A stretch of DNA of 64,000 nucleotides, from contig OX597832.1 of the NCBI GenBank assembly GCA_951406725.2, positions 71,238,001 through 71,302,000 of the forward strand, in the 5' to 3' direction. Positions 38,880 through 51,559 of this stretch are shown one piece after another (position 1 is the first letter of the stretch; each line of letters starts with the position of its first letter). The notes beneath the pieces are model-generated. The model saw nothing but the letters and a program-made list of their open reading frames with translations. It ran no database searches and was not told the origin of the DNA. Source of the DNA: Octopus vulgaris. Lineage: Eukaryota. The position numbers and the translations under genes were made by a program.

Positions 38880-39850
38880 ACTAAATATACTTGTCTCCTA
38901 GCCTTCTTTCTAGTTACCTGATATACATCTCTGCTACCACCACTCTTCCAGTCTCTTGAGGCCTGTTCTTTTTTTTTGCTTTAATGGATTTGTTTACTAC
39001 ACAGTTCCACCACCATGTTACCTTAAGTCTGGAAGGGATTTTAGTACCAGCCACAAATTTGATCAATGACCTTTATTAAGTTGTTCGCTTGGAACCTCCA
39101 GTTGTGCTCTATAGGTTACTGTTATATCCTCCTCCTTTTCATCAAATGCTTCAAGTACAATGCCTCTAAAACTCTGACTATTCAGAGGATCCTTAAACTT
39201 CCAGATCTTTCTTTTCCAGACTGGTAGTCTTCTTGCCAGCCTTCTAGTTCTGAAACTGAAGTCACTAATAACTAACTAATGTTGAGGAGTACACTCTTCA
39301 CCTAGGAAGGTTTTTGCATTTATAAGCAACCATTTTTCCTGTTTTTTAATGAGAATGTAGTCAATCTGGCTTGTGCGTCCACCAGACTGATAGGTGAACA
39401 AATAATGACTGGCTGGTTTTCTGAAGTTAAAATTGCAGATCATTTGCATAACAGAACTCTAACAACCTGGTTCCCACCTCAATGCAGGAACCAATTTCAT
39501 AGCCTCCATGCAACCCATGAAGCCACCAAGATGATGCCCATCATGCCCATTGAGGTCACCAACCACAAAGAGATTGTCACTATCCTTTGTTGACAAGGTA
39601 GTGTGCAAAAGGGTAACATAAAATAATTTTTTCTGCGTGTTTGACAGCCCCAGTTGAGGAGTATAGTTGTAATAGTTGCAGAAGTAATAGTTGCTGTTTC
39701 ATTTTGCAAAACCAGTCCAAGCTTAAGTATCCTATCACATATTGTGACTACCTGAATTGCCTTATCAATCCTTTCCTCAGCAAGATGAATACTCACACCA
39801 CCAACCCCATCACTATTGCCTATCCATAAGATTTTATGCCTATGTTCTTT
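38880..39850 (-). pseudogene. RTE LINE AP-endonuclease region fragment
   Basis: ORF 39497-39796 (LAEERIDKAIQVVTICDRILKLGLVL) plus broken frames for GDLNGH, SQIDYILI and TPQH. Confidence 0.7.
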
Positions 39851-40300
39851 GAGTGTCAGAAACCTAGAAGAAGCTCCCTTCTTCTATATATAAAAGTGCT
39901 TTTCATGTTGGAGAACAGATGATAGTTAGACGGAGACAAATCAAAAGAATAGGGTCGATGATCAACCAGTTCGATGCCACAGTCAAGTACAACAGCCACT
40001 GAATCTAAGGTCTTGTGTGCTGGAACATTGTCCTAATGAAACAAAACCCCTTTTGTCAAATTTCCTGAGCATTTAGTCTTGATAACCTTTTGTAACTACC
40101 TCAGCAAGTTGGCATAGTATTCTCCATTGATGTTGTGGCCCTATGAAGATAGCCATTTGAGCTTGACAAGTCACCTATACAACTAAATGCTCCATAGGTG
40201 CAAAACCATAAGACCATAACAAACAATCTAAATCTAAATATTACTACTTTCACTCTATTTATAATAGACACACATACACACACAAATATATTTGTGTGTG

Positions 40301-40712
40301 TGAAAGATATCTAAGCAGAGGCGGTAAATTCGCCACAATAGAAGCAAGGTTCGAGTCAACGGAGCGAGCAAGGGAGTACTCGACTCGAACTTGCAAAGTG
40401 GAAATATAGATGTCCCGGATAAAAATATAAAATGTCCCCCCAGAAGTAGAAGTAGGCTGGATTGTAGCCACACTTCTGTACAAGAGGGAGGACAAGATAT
40501 AAGTGATCGAAATTGCAAGAGACAGGCCTACAATTCCAGTCTGTTATATATTTTGAATATTGTTATCACTAGCGATATCAAGAAATATCTTTGTATTTTG
40601 TATTTTATGTGTAGATGTATATATATAGATGTACATGTAATATGTACACATATATATACACATATATACATGCACTAGCACTATGACCTGGCAACAACGG
40701 GTTATAATGCTA

Positions 40713-40713
<1 letters not shown>
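40301..40713 (+). repeat. Inverted partial duplicate of the Helitron 3' end (left arm of palindrome)
   Basis: Reverse complement of 40812-41253 except for a deletion of roughly 30 bp and a few substitutions. Ends in hairpin plus CTAG. Confidence 0.9.
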
Positions 40714-40757
<44 letters not shown>

Positions 40758-40775
40758 TACACACACAAATATATT

Positions 40776-40811
<36 letters not shown>

Positions 40812-42386
40812 CTAGCATTATAACCCGTCGTTGCCAGGTCATAGTGCTAGTGCATGTATATATGTGTATATATATGTGTACATATTACATGTACATCTAT
40901 ATATATACATCTACACATAAAATACAAAATACAAAGATATTTCTTGATATCGCTAGTGATAACAATATTCAAAATATATAACAGACTGGAATTGTAGGCC
41001 TGTCTCTTGCAATTTCGATCACTTATATCTTGTCCTCCCTCTTGTACAGAAGTGTGGCTACAATCCAGCCTACTTCTACTTCTGGGGGGACATTTTAAAT
41101 TTTTATCCGGGACATCCTACGTCCCAGATATAAAGGTAAAAATAAAATATTTCCACTTTGCAAGTTCGAGTCGAGTACTCCCTTGCTCGCTCCGTTGACT
41201 CGAACCTTGCTTCTATTGTGGCGAATTTGCCGCCTCTGCTTAGATATCTTTCATAGTTGCACCAAGACACTTTTCGTTGGTGCTTTCCTCCAGGCGTTCA
41301 AATCTTTTTTTTTTTTTCTCTACATTGTATATTTTATAGACAATAATCTTTTCTTTAATTTAATTTTTTATTTCGTTTGGTGGTGTTATCCTAGATTCAC
41401 CGTCTCTGTCAGTGATCAATCCGAAATAGGTTTGTATTTTTTCCATTTTAATTTTAATGATTTCACGCCCACCAACGGCTGCAGCGAAATTCATTTTTAG
41501 ACTTTCTTCTAACGAAGGCATTTTAACAAAAATGCTTCCGTATAAACGGTGAAAATATTGTCAATTTCCCCAAACAGGGACACAATTCAATTTTTAAACC
41601 AAAGCTCCTTCACTGAAATGGGGAGGGTTACGGTTTACAATTATTTAGCAAATGCAACACAACAACGTTTCCCTTACGAGGAACCAACAAACGTGATAAC
41701 AATAGTTAAACAGTAATAATGATAACAACAAACATTACGGTGAATCAAAAAGCAGTACGCAGTTGAAGCTATAGACCTTTATGTATAAGAAATAAACCAA
41801 CAGAAGTACTCAGTAGAAGCAGCTGTTCGAGAAAACAGACATTACCTACAGCCAAACTTCATATAGATACTTAATGCTAGCTAATTAGCAGATAATCTAA
41901 TGTAAAAGCCGTGGTAAACGGTATGTGCACAGCTCCATCTGGACTATTCCATTTCTGCACTTACATTTTAATTTTTATTTATTTCTATTCATGTGAAACC
42001 ACTTATTCAAGTTCAAGTCATTGATGCAATTTTATACCAATTGCTATTTTTACTTTTAATTGTTATGTTACGATTTAATTTAGTTTGATTTTAATTATTA
42101 CTTACAACATATAATTCAATTGTTATCATTATATCTAATTTTTATTGTTAAAGTGAAAGTATCTGACATAAAATAGAGAAATGTTTTTGTTTCACTTTTA
42201 ACACTTAATACTGAAATAGTGGAGAAGATTCATATTGCTATGGGCTCGCCCTAGGCAACAAGTTGAACATTGTTTCTACCCATGAAACTACATGGATCCT
42301 AAGTAAGGCATGTGTAAAATTTGAATGAAATTGGTTGTGTAGTTCTCAAGTTTTAGGGAAACACACAGACAGACACACATTCTCAG

Positions 42387-42395
<9 letters not shown>
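40812..42395 (-). mobile_element. Non-autonomous Helitron
   Basis: Minus 5' end (TA)n-AACTGAGAATGTGTGTCTG near 42390. 3' end ACCTGGCAACGACGGGT hairpin, then CTAG at 40812-40815. Internal blocks shared with 47240-47780. Confidence 0.8.
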
Positions 42396-42451
<56 letters not shown>

Positions 42452-42461
42452 ATATTTCGGA

Positions 42462-42547
42462 ATGGTCACTTTGCCAGTTTAGCCAATATACGTACTATAT
42501 ATATATATATATAGTACGTTTATTGGCTAAACTGGCAAAATGACCAT
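42462..42547. repeat. Short palindrome centred on (TA)n
   Basis: 34-bp arms ATGGTCACTTTGCCAGTTTAGCCAATATACGTAC / GTACGTTTATTGGCTAAACTGGCAAAATGACCAT, two mismatches. Confidence 0.9.
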
Positions 42548-42564
42548 ATATATATATATATATT

Positions 42565-43854
42565 TCACAAAAAAATCCGCGTTCGTAATACTTTTTTTCG
42601 TTCGGCGTTAACAGCCCTTCTTATCTTGTTTTTCCTTGTCGTGTCTTTTACTGTTTATAATTTGTACTGCCGTTACTGTCCTGTTTTTGTTACCATTTTT
42701 TACCCCTCTGCGAAAAGATTTCAAAATTTTAATTGATTTGCTTTTCGCAGGAAGGAAAGTTTCTTGTCGAAGATACGTCTCGCTTTCACCTTCGAAACGT
42801 AGATTAGATGAAACCATAGCGACTGAAGAAGGGTTTTTTTCTTTGTGTTAATTGTCCTGTACTCTATTTTTTGTTGTTTAAAAAATGTCCAGTTCCTTGG
42901 GTTTGTGTCTATGTTTTCGTTTCTCATTGTGTTCGAAGTCTTTTTGGTGTCCTGTACTCATATATGCGTGTATATGTACATGTAGAGGTAGGTACGTACA
43001 TATATGTTTATTTATATGCATATGTTTTATTTATTAATATATTATATGACGAAACGCACGCATCCCTTTTTAAGTAAGATTGTTCTTGATATTAACTTTG
43101 AAGCGCACTCTTAACCTTTCTGTCCCATCCCTTTCTCAGCCTTCATTCTTTGATTTCTTTTTCCTCTACTTAACTTGTCTCTCCCTCTCTCTCATTCTTC
43201 ACTCTCTCTCTCCCCCTCTCTCATTCTTCGTGGTTTCCTCACAACCATTCCCCTTCTTCTCTCCCTTTCTCTTGCTCCTCCTCCCCCCTCCCGTCGTTGA
43301 CCCGCGACGAGACTTCCGCTACTGTCTTTCTAGCCTAACCCTCTCGAGGTGTGGACGGCAATTCTTTTTGCTCCGTTCGTCGTTCACAAAAAAATCCGTG
43401 TTCGTAATACTTTTTTTCGTTCGGCATTAACAGCCCTTCTTATCTTGTTTTTCCTTGTCCTGTCTTTTACTGTTTATAATTTGTACTGTCGTTACTGTCC
43501 TGTTTTTGTTACCATTTTTTACCCCTCTGCGAAAAGATCTCAAAATTTTAATTGATTTGCTTTTCGCAGGAAGGAAAGTTTCTTGTCAAAGATACGTCTC
43601 GCTTTCACCTTCGAAATGTAGAGTAGATGAAACCATAGCGACTGAAGAAGGGGTTTTTTCTTTGAGTTAATTGTCCTGTACTCTATTTTTTTGTTGTTTA
43701 AAGAAATGTCCAGTTCCTTGGGTTTGTGTCTATGTTTTCGTTTCTCATTGTGTTCGAAGTCTTTTTGGTGTCCTGTACTCATATATGCGTGTATATGTAC
43801 ATGTAGAGGTAGGTACGTACATATATGTTTATTTATATGCATATGTTTTATTTA

Positions 43855-43862
<8 letters not shown>
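42565..43862 (+). mobile_element. Non-autonomous element with ~480-bp direct repeats and pyrimidine-rich core (family C)
   Basis: Repeats start near 42565 and 43383 (period about 819). The core begins GACGAAACGCAC, compared with GACGTAACGTAC in family B. Flanked by (TA)n on both sides. Confidence 0.65.
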
Positions 43863-43892
<30 letters not shown>

Positions 43893-43948
43893 TAATGCAA
43901 TACAAAGTATCGCCTTCCAGTAAAGAATAGCCCGTGAGGGAAAAATAC

Positions 43949-44634
43949 ACAAAGTAGTAAATAAATGGCACAACTAAGTACCGATATTTACTGGAAATAG
44001 CGAACGTAAAAATACGACGCTAATGTATAGCTTCACCGCGTATGTATTAGTAAAAATGCGTGTGTGCAACAAACTAGAGAAAAACGTCTTACCTCCAGGG
44101 AGAACATCTAAAAGATGAAATACCCGGAAAAGGATAATGTGGGACCTGCAGGTTTCAGATTTTACAAGATATGACTGCCACCCATATCTTATTCTATCTT
44201 CATCAGCCAAGCATATACCATGACGAAATCTACGATGTTACCACATCGCTAACAGTACGAAAAACGGTGAAGAAGCTTCTTCACCGTTTTTCGTACTGTT
44301 AGCGTTCCGCGTTTCAGTCGAGTGTAATAGTATTTAATGTGGTAACATCGTAGATTTCGTCATGGTATATGCTTGGCTGATGAAGATAGAATAAGATATG
44401 GGTGGCAGTCATATCTTGTAAAATCTGAAACCTGCAGGTCCCACATTATCCTTTTCCGAGTATTTCATCTTTCAGATGTTCTCCCTGGAGGTAAGACGTT
44501 TTTCTCTAGTTTGTTGTACACACGCATTTTTACTAATACATACGCGGTGAAGCTATACATTAGCGTCGTATTTTTACGTTCGCTATTTCCAGTAAATATC
44601 GGTACTTAGTTGTGCCATTTATTTACTACTTTGT
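43949..44634. repeat. Nested inverted repeat: 298-bp arms around a 58-bp perfect palindrome
   Basis: Arms 43949-44246 and 44337-44634 differ at about 3 positions. The inner palindrome 44247-44304 is centred on AAGCTT. Confidence 0.95.
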
Positions 44635-46685
44635 TAATGGACATGGCAAAGCTGACACGAAGGGGGAATTGCAGTCTTCTGAATGTAAATGGAATTTCTG
44701 CTCCAGATGGAGTAAGGGGAATTGTTGGAATAAAGACGTCATTACCCTTTCCACATCCAGAAAGAATGATCGCCTCGATAACGTGTGACATCATTTTCTT
44801 TATCACCAGTCGTGTTCCATTGCAAAGTCTTGGTGGTTCCAGATTGTGGAGTAGCATTACAGGAGTTCCAACTTTAAGTGCTAATATGTGTGGAGGTAGT
44901 CGAGGAGGCTCCATTGAATTGAGAAATTCAGGAGGATAGTTCACAACTTCATTTATATCTGGAATTGTATCAACAGACTTGTAAGTGTGTATAGTGCCGG
45001 GAAGAGAATGCATTAGCTGTTGATTAATTTTGTAAAGATCGACGTTTTTTGGAGCTAATATTGCTCTTTCACACAGCCAATTGTGATTTTGGTAGTTTTG
45101 TGTGAAGTTGGGAAAAACTTTGTTTTTGAGGTCATTTACAGAATTAACAACAGAGGAAAATGACCATACTTCCATTTGTCCTGCAGTATCGAGAGGCATC
45201 TTGCCTTCTCCAAGTGTCAAAATGTCCTGTGCAAACTTTGTGGACATTTTGTCGCCATGTAGCTGAGCTCTCATGTTAGTGGTGAGACTGAGGATTGTAA
45301 CATGATGCCACAGGGTAGCGGACTTTAGGCATGCTTGGACTTCATCTGCTCTAGTGCCTTTCAGAGTGACAGGAAGAGTTTGCCTGAAATCACCTGACAA
45401 CAGAAGCGTTACACCTCCCATTGGAGCCTGACACTCTCAGATGTCTTTCAGGGCTCTATCTAATGCTTCCAAAGCTCCCTTGTGTGCCATAGTGCACTCA
45501 TCCCAGACAATTAGATGACACATTTTAAGTACTTGTCCCTGATCTGAGCTTTTGTTGATGTTGCATGAAGGCATTTCAGATGCTGCTAAATTGAGAGGGA
45601 GTTTAAAAGTTGAGTGTGCTGTCCTGCCACCGGGTAACAAAGTAGCTGCAATGCCAGAGGAGGCTACAGCTACTGCAATGTCCTGATGCTGCCTATGTTG
45701 CCAATGTCCTGATGCTGCCTATGCTGCCAATGTCCTGATGCTTCTGAAAGGAGAAGCTTTGTAATAAATGTTTTTCCTGTCCCTCCAGGAGCATCGAGGA
45801 AGAAGATTCGTCCCTCGCGTTGGCGTACACTGTTAAGAATAGTTCTGTAGGCCTGCAGCTGCTCCGGAAGTAATTTAGGCTCATTTTCAACAATGTACTT
45901 TGAAAGCGCTTGAGTGTCATAGGTTGTTTCACGAATGACAGCAGTGGGAAGGCTATTTGACCCTGACCTGAATGCTTGTGGCAGGCCATACGTCGACAAT
46001 TCATTTCCACCCAGTTTAGCAATTCTGTCTTCAATGTCAATGAGTGTTTTGTTATAGATTTCATTGCTAATACCCTCCATGTCAGGATAGAGCAGTTGAG
46101 CTTGACGCTGAAAGTCTTCAGCCAGGTTGTCTCTATATTTGAGCCATAGGGTAGCTGGATCACACAGCTCGCATGCCTGTAGTAATACTGCAAATAATGC
46201 CCTGAGACTTTTAGGTGATTGTGATAAAGCAGCCTCTCCTAAAGTTGCATCCCATTGTGCACCATCTTCTGACAGACCTTGTCGATCGCAGGCATCTCTG
46301 TATGTTGTGCAGACATGTCCATGAACGGTTTTTAGGGCCTGGAAAGACGTTGGCCCTCTGACCTCATGCAGTAGTAGACGAAGGTAGAAGCACTCTTGTT
46401 GAGTGGGATGCACTGTGTATACTCGCCCAAGGCAAGTGTGAAACTTAATGCCAGGATATCCACGAACATTTTGACCTGCTTTCCGTGGGGCCCATTTTTT
46501 TCCATTCTAAGTGTAGTACGATGGAATCTGTGGATACAGCAAGGTTTGAGCGAATGGATCCACTTGACAAAGCTTGAAGAATGCAGTGGTTCCTCTGTCA
46601 ACAGAGAAGCATTAGCATCGGTGAAGTACACTCTTTGACCATTTTCCAGGTGCGCTGCAAGCTGTTGAATGGCTGGAAATGAATT
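44630..46685 (-). pseudogene. Helitron RepHel protein remnant (PIF1-like SF1 helicase)
   Basis: HLENGQRVYF, ECFYLRLLLHEVRGPTSF, FFLDAPGGTGKT (Walker A), SSGIAATLLPGGRTAHSTFKLP, WDECTM, GDFRQTLPV, LCNGTRL, QFPLRVSFAMSINK (cut off). Frameshifts, plus a 26-bp repeat at 45676/45702/45728. Confidence 0.92.
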
Positions 46686-48266
46686 CTGTCGTATTTATAA
46701 GAAAGCAGACAGCTAGAAGGATGAAGGTATCAGTGGTGGTATAGTGGTGTGGGGTCGTTTGAATTGTCTGTACGCTATGAAGGTTATAGGTGAAGTGGAT
46801 GACAATGTACTTCACTTGATAAGGTAGCATGTGGTAAATATCTGTTACCATCATCCATTGTCCCGTAGAGAAAAGTAAGTTTTATTTCCCTGCGTTGGGA
46901 ATGAAATGAGAATGAGATGTAAGGGGACAATGTTTTTGAGATTCCGGTTCGAATGTAAGGCAGGTTTGAAAGTGTTCCCAACAGTTATTAGTTATAGTGG
47001 TAGAGTGTTTATGCCGAATATGTACGTATGCACGTATATATATGTATGTATGCCTGTATATATGTACAAAATCCACTAAGAAGGATTTTGTTGGTCTGAG
47101 GCTACAGCAGAAGACACATGCCAAGTCACCACACAGTGGGACTGAACCCAGGACCATGTGTTTGGAACGTAGTTGTTACCACACAGCCACACCTGCCCCT
47201 ATGTATGTGTGTGTGCGTATGTGTGTATGGGTAGATATATTATGCATGTATATATGTGTACATATTACATGTACATCTATATATATACATCTACACATAA
47301 AATACAAAATACAAAGTTATATCTTGATATCGTTAGTGATAACAATACTCAAAATATACAACAGACTGGAATTGTAGGCCCGTCTCTTGCAATTTCGATC
47401 AATTAGATCTTGTCCTCCCTCTTGTATAGAAGTGTACGGCCGCACCAAAATTCATTTTTGGACTTTCTTCTAACGAAGGCATTTTAACAAAAATGCTTCC
47501 GTAGAGACAGTGAAAATATTGTCAATTTCCCCAAACAGGGACACAATTCAATTTTTAAACAATAACCAAAGCCCCTTCTCCGAAAGGGGGAGGGTTATGG
47601 TTTAAAATTAGTTAACAAATGCAACACAACAACGTTTCCCTGACAAGAAACCAACAAACGTGATTACAATAGTCAAACAGTAATAATAATAACAACAAAC
47701 CTTTTTTTAATTTAACCCCATTTATGTGAAACCACTTATTCAAGTTCAAGTCATTGATGCAATTTTATACAAATTGCTAATACACACACACACACACACA
47801 CACATAATAAGGGTGAAAAATTGAATATTAATTTGATTAATATGAATTGAAAACCAGTGGTGTAGCATATAAGACCATAGCGGATCTTCTTCTAGCAAAA
47901 TGGATGACCACTGTTAATGGTTCATCCCTGTTATATAATACTTTCACTTTAGTAGTTTCAGTATTAAAGTGAAAGTGTCTGCATTACAATAGAGAGATGT
48001 TTTTGTTTCACTTTTAACACGTAATACCGAAATAGTGGAGAAGATATGATATTGCTGTGGGATCGCCCTAGGGAAAAAGTTAAAATTTTTTTGTCGATGA
48101 GTGAGTGAGGAAGATGGCCCCTAGCAACCACACCTTTTAAGATAGGGATTTGTAAGGTAGCCCACGCGCATCGTCACCTCATTCTACATGTCCCTGTAAA
48201 TTTTGGAGCGAATCGGACGGGATGTAGTGGCATTGAAAGCGAACCAAGCGGTAAAAAGGCATTTCA

Positions 48267-48272
<6 letters not shown>
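46686..48272 (-). mobile_element. Helitron 5'/internal non-coding region containing a SINE family 1 copy (47065-47200)
   Basis: Shares blocks with 40850-42250 and 9860-10110. Minus 5' end (TA)n-AAAACTGAAATGCC near 48270. Confidence 0.6.
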
Positions 48273-48316
<44 letters not shown>

Positions 48317-48427
48317 GCCTGCTCGCTTAGCCAGCAGGGTGGCGTCATTTGAAGGCTAAAACAATGCGAACGCATTGTGACCAGCAATGTGTAACTACAT
48401 CTGATAGCCTGGTCGGTCACGGTGATA

Positions 48428-48473
<46 letters not shown>

Positions 48474-48479
<6 letters not shown>

Positions 48480-49589
48480 TTTATATATAGAGGGCATTAT
48501 ACATACATGCCACACGCTAAGAGGGACAATTAGTCATTTCTACCAAAAATATTACTAATCCCACCGAGTGCAATTTTTCAAAGTAAGACATTTAAAAATA
48601 TAGACCTGTATCACAGTGATTTCATACTTACGTACTCATCAGCAGGCCTGAATGTATCATACATAAACAAACGACCCTGCCCCGCTTAAGTCGATCAGCT
48701 AACTGATCAACATCAACGAAGCACATGGGTGAGTTTACATATATTACATCCTGTAAATGGCATACTTTTACGAATTGCATTTCGGGAGAGGAAAAGTTTT
48801 TTTCGGAATAAAAATTTAGCAATTAAGGACAACTACTTAATAAGGAAAACTTAACAAGAAATTGTCAGGTAGATAGCGTGAAAACCTCATAAGAGAATAA
48901 ATTTCGAAAATAATTATTTCTTATTGAACATATTAATTTATATATAGAGGGCATTATACATACATGCCAGCGGGCATTATACATACATGCCACACGCTAA
49001 GAGGGACAATTAGTCATTTCTACCAAAAATATTACTAATCCCACCGAGTGCAATTTTTCAAAGTAAGACATTTAAAAATATAGACCTGTATCACAGTGAT
49101 TTCATACTTACGTACTCATCAGCAGGCCTGAATGTATCATACATAAACAAACGACCCTGCCCCGCTTAAGTCGATCAGGATGTAATATATGTAAACTCAC
49201 CCATGTGCTTCGTTGATGTTGATCAGTTAGCTGATCGACTTAAGCGGGGCAGGGTCGTTTGTTTATGTATGATACATTCAGGCCTGCTGATGAGTACGTA
49301 AGTATGAAATCACTGTGATACAGGTCTATATTTTTAAATGTCTTACTTTGAAAAATTGCACTCGGTGGGATTAGTAATATTTTTGGTAGAAATGACTAAT
49401 TGTCCCTCTTAGCGTGTGGCATGTATGTATAATGCCCGCTGGCATGTATGTATAATGCCCTCTATATATAAATTAATATGTTCAATAAGAAATAATTATT
49501 TTCGAAATTTATTCTCTTATGAGGTTTTCACGCTATCTACCTGACAATTTCTTGTTAAGTTTTCCTTATTAAGTAGTTGTCCTTAATTG

Positions 49590-49592
<3 letters not shown>
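48474..49592. repeat. Direct plus inverted duplication: 362-bp apparently perfect inverted arms with a 52-bp spacer
   Basis: Arms 48817-49178 and 49231-49592. The block starting at 48474 is a direct copy of part of the left arm. The spacer is the reverse complement of 48699-48750. Confidence 0.95.
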
Positions 49593-49619
<27 letters not shown>

Positions 49620-49626
<7 letters not shown>

Positions 49627-50136
49627 TGAGAATGTGTGTCTGTCTGTCTGTCTGTGTGTTTCCCTAAAACTTGAGAACTACGCAACCAATTTCATTCAAA
49701 TTTTACACATGCCTTACTTTTTTAGCGATTTCTGTTTTGGCGACTTCAAGCCATGAAGTCGTTGTTCTAAAAGAACGCTGGTCTCCTTCACAACGCATTA
49801 CGACGTTGATTTCCTTACACTCCCTTCCCCACAGCTTCACGAGGGAGGGAAGAAGGGGGAGAAGCAACACAGGTGCAGGCGTGAGCGTGGACGCCAACTC
49901 CGCCGCCATCGACACACGAAAAAATATGCATTAAAATGGAATAAAAAATGATGTTAAATTATTTTTAAAATCGTAGACTCATCGTAGACGCGCGCTAATA
50001 CCCAGACGGGCTCGATATGAATCACGACTATAACATACCCGAATTTGGTTAAACTGCACCGCAAAATTTGGGAGTAGTTAGGAATCTAAATCGAAGGGGA
50101 CAGACACTCACACAACTACAGTTTTATATATATAGA
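49620..50136. mobile_element. Fusion of two Helitron 5' portions in opposite orientation
   Basis: 49620-49718 matches the 9720 family on +. 49722-50136 matches 10940-11355 on -. Confidence 0.7.
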
Positions 50137-50277
50137 TATATTTTCTATGTTATATTTTCTTTTTTTATGTTTTTGTTTTTGGTTTTTCACTGTTTGATTT
50201 GCCTATTAGTGGTTTTATCTCTAATTTAATTTATACAGATATATATCTCATTTGTATACATTTGTATATATAATGCG

Positions 50278-50319
<42 letters not shown>

Positions 50320-50339
50320 CACATATATATATGTGTGCA

Positions 50340-51512
50340 TTACGTAGTCGGTCGATTCACCTGAAAATATGCACACCTATGTTAAAGGTGCTGACAAGTT
50401 TGCATCACAACTATTTTGTTCCTCAAATGAAAGGCGTCACCTCTAGGACAAAATTCCTCATCTTATAAAATGTGGCCCCAGTACACCCGAATGAAATCGG
50501 GTTATATTAACCAAAATGTGAAAAGGGGTCTAAATGGGGCTGGAAGGGGATTAAAATTTCAAAGAGCGGGTGTTTAGGAATTCTCTGTTGCATCAAGCTA
50601 AAAAATTTGCGCCAGCCTTTTAATCGTCAATGTGTTGCCGTCCATGATAAAGAAGTTTTGAATGCTTGCCATGGTGAGTCTACTGTCGTGAGAAAGAATC
50701 ACTTCAAAACTTGGTGTTTACGAATTTTCTTTTACATCAAGTTCAAAATTTTACGCCAGCCGTTAAACTGTCACTACGTTGCTGTCCGTCGTTAACAAAT
50801 GCCAGCCATGGTGACTCTACTATCCTCAGATTCTATCCCTTCAAACTTTGGTTTCCAATATTTTATTATTTTTATTCAGCTCGCAAGTTCGTCTGTCCCT
50901 TTTGAATGTTAGCGTTTTGCTGTCTGCCTTGAAGCAGACCTTTCCATTACCACTGCCTCATATTTCTGATTGATCTTTCTAAATATTTTATTTCTCAACT
51001 TACTCAACTTCTTCTGTTGTTTATAAATGGGAGAGAGATAGATAAAGATAGAGAGTAAGAGAAAGCGAGGGAGAGTCAGAGAGAAAAGAAAAGTAAGAGA
51101 GTGGGAAAGTGAGAGAGAAAGGAGAGAGAAACAAATACGGAGATTCATCATCGTTTAACGTCCGTTTTCCGTGCTAGCACGGGTTGGGCAGTGTGACCGG
51201 GGTCTCGGAAGCCAGGAGGCTGCACCAGGCTCCAGTCTGATCTGGCAGTGTTTCTACAGGTGGATGACCTTCCTAACGCCAACCACACTGTGAGTGTAGT
51301 GAGTGCCTTTTTCGTGCCGCCGGCACTGGTGCCAGGGGGCTCGCAGTGGCAACGATCGGTTGGTGCTTTTTACGTGCCACCAGCACAGAAGCAAGTCAAG
51401 GCGGTGCTGCAATCGGCCACGTTCGGATGGTGCTTTTTACGTGCTGAAAGGAAGCAACAGAAAGTAACACCCACACTCTTACCCGCGCGTAGAGCGCGTC
51501 ACCTTCAGCTAG
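50340..51512 (+). mobile_element. Probable non-autonomous Helitron with nested SINE (51146-51445)
   Basis: 3' hairpin CGCGCGTAGAGCGCG then CTAG (51509-51512) into (TA)n. The 5' boundary is uncertain. Confidence 0.5.
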
Positions 51513-51543
<31 letters not shown>

Positions 51544-51559
51544 GTAACAGAAAGGAGGG

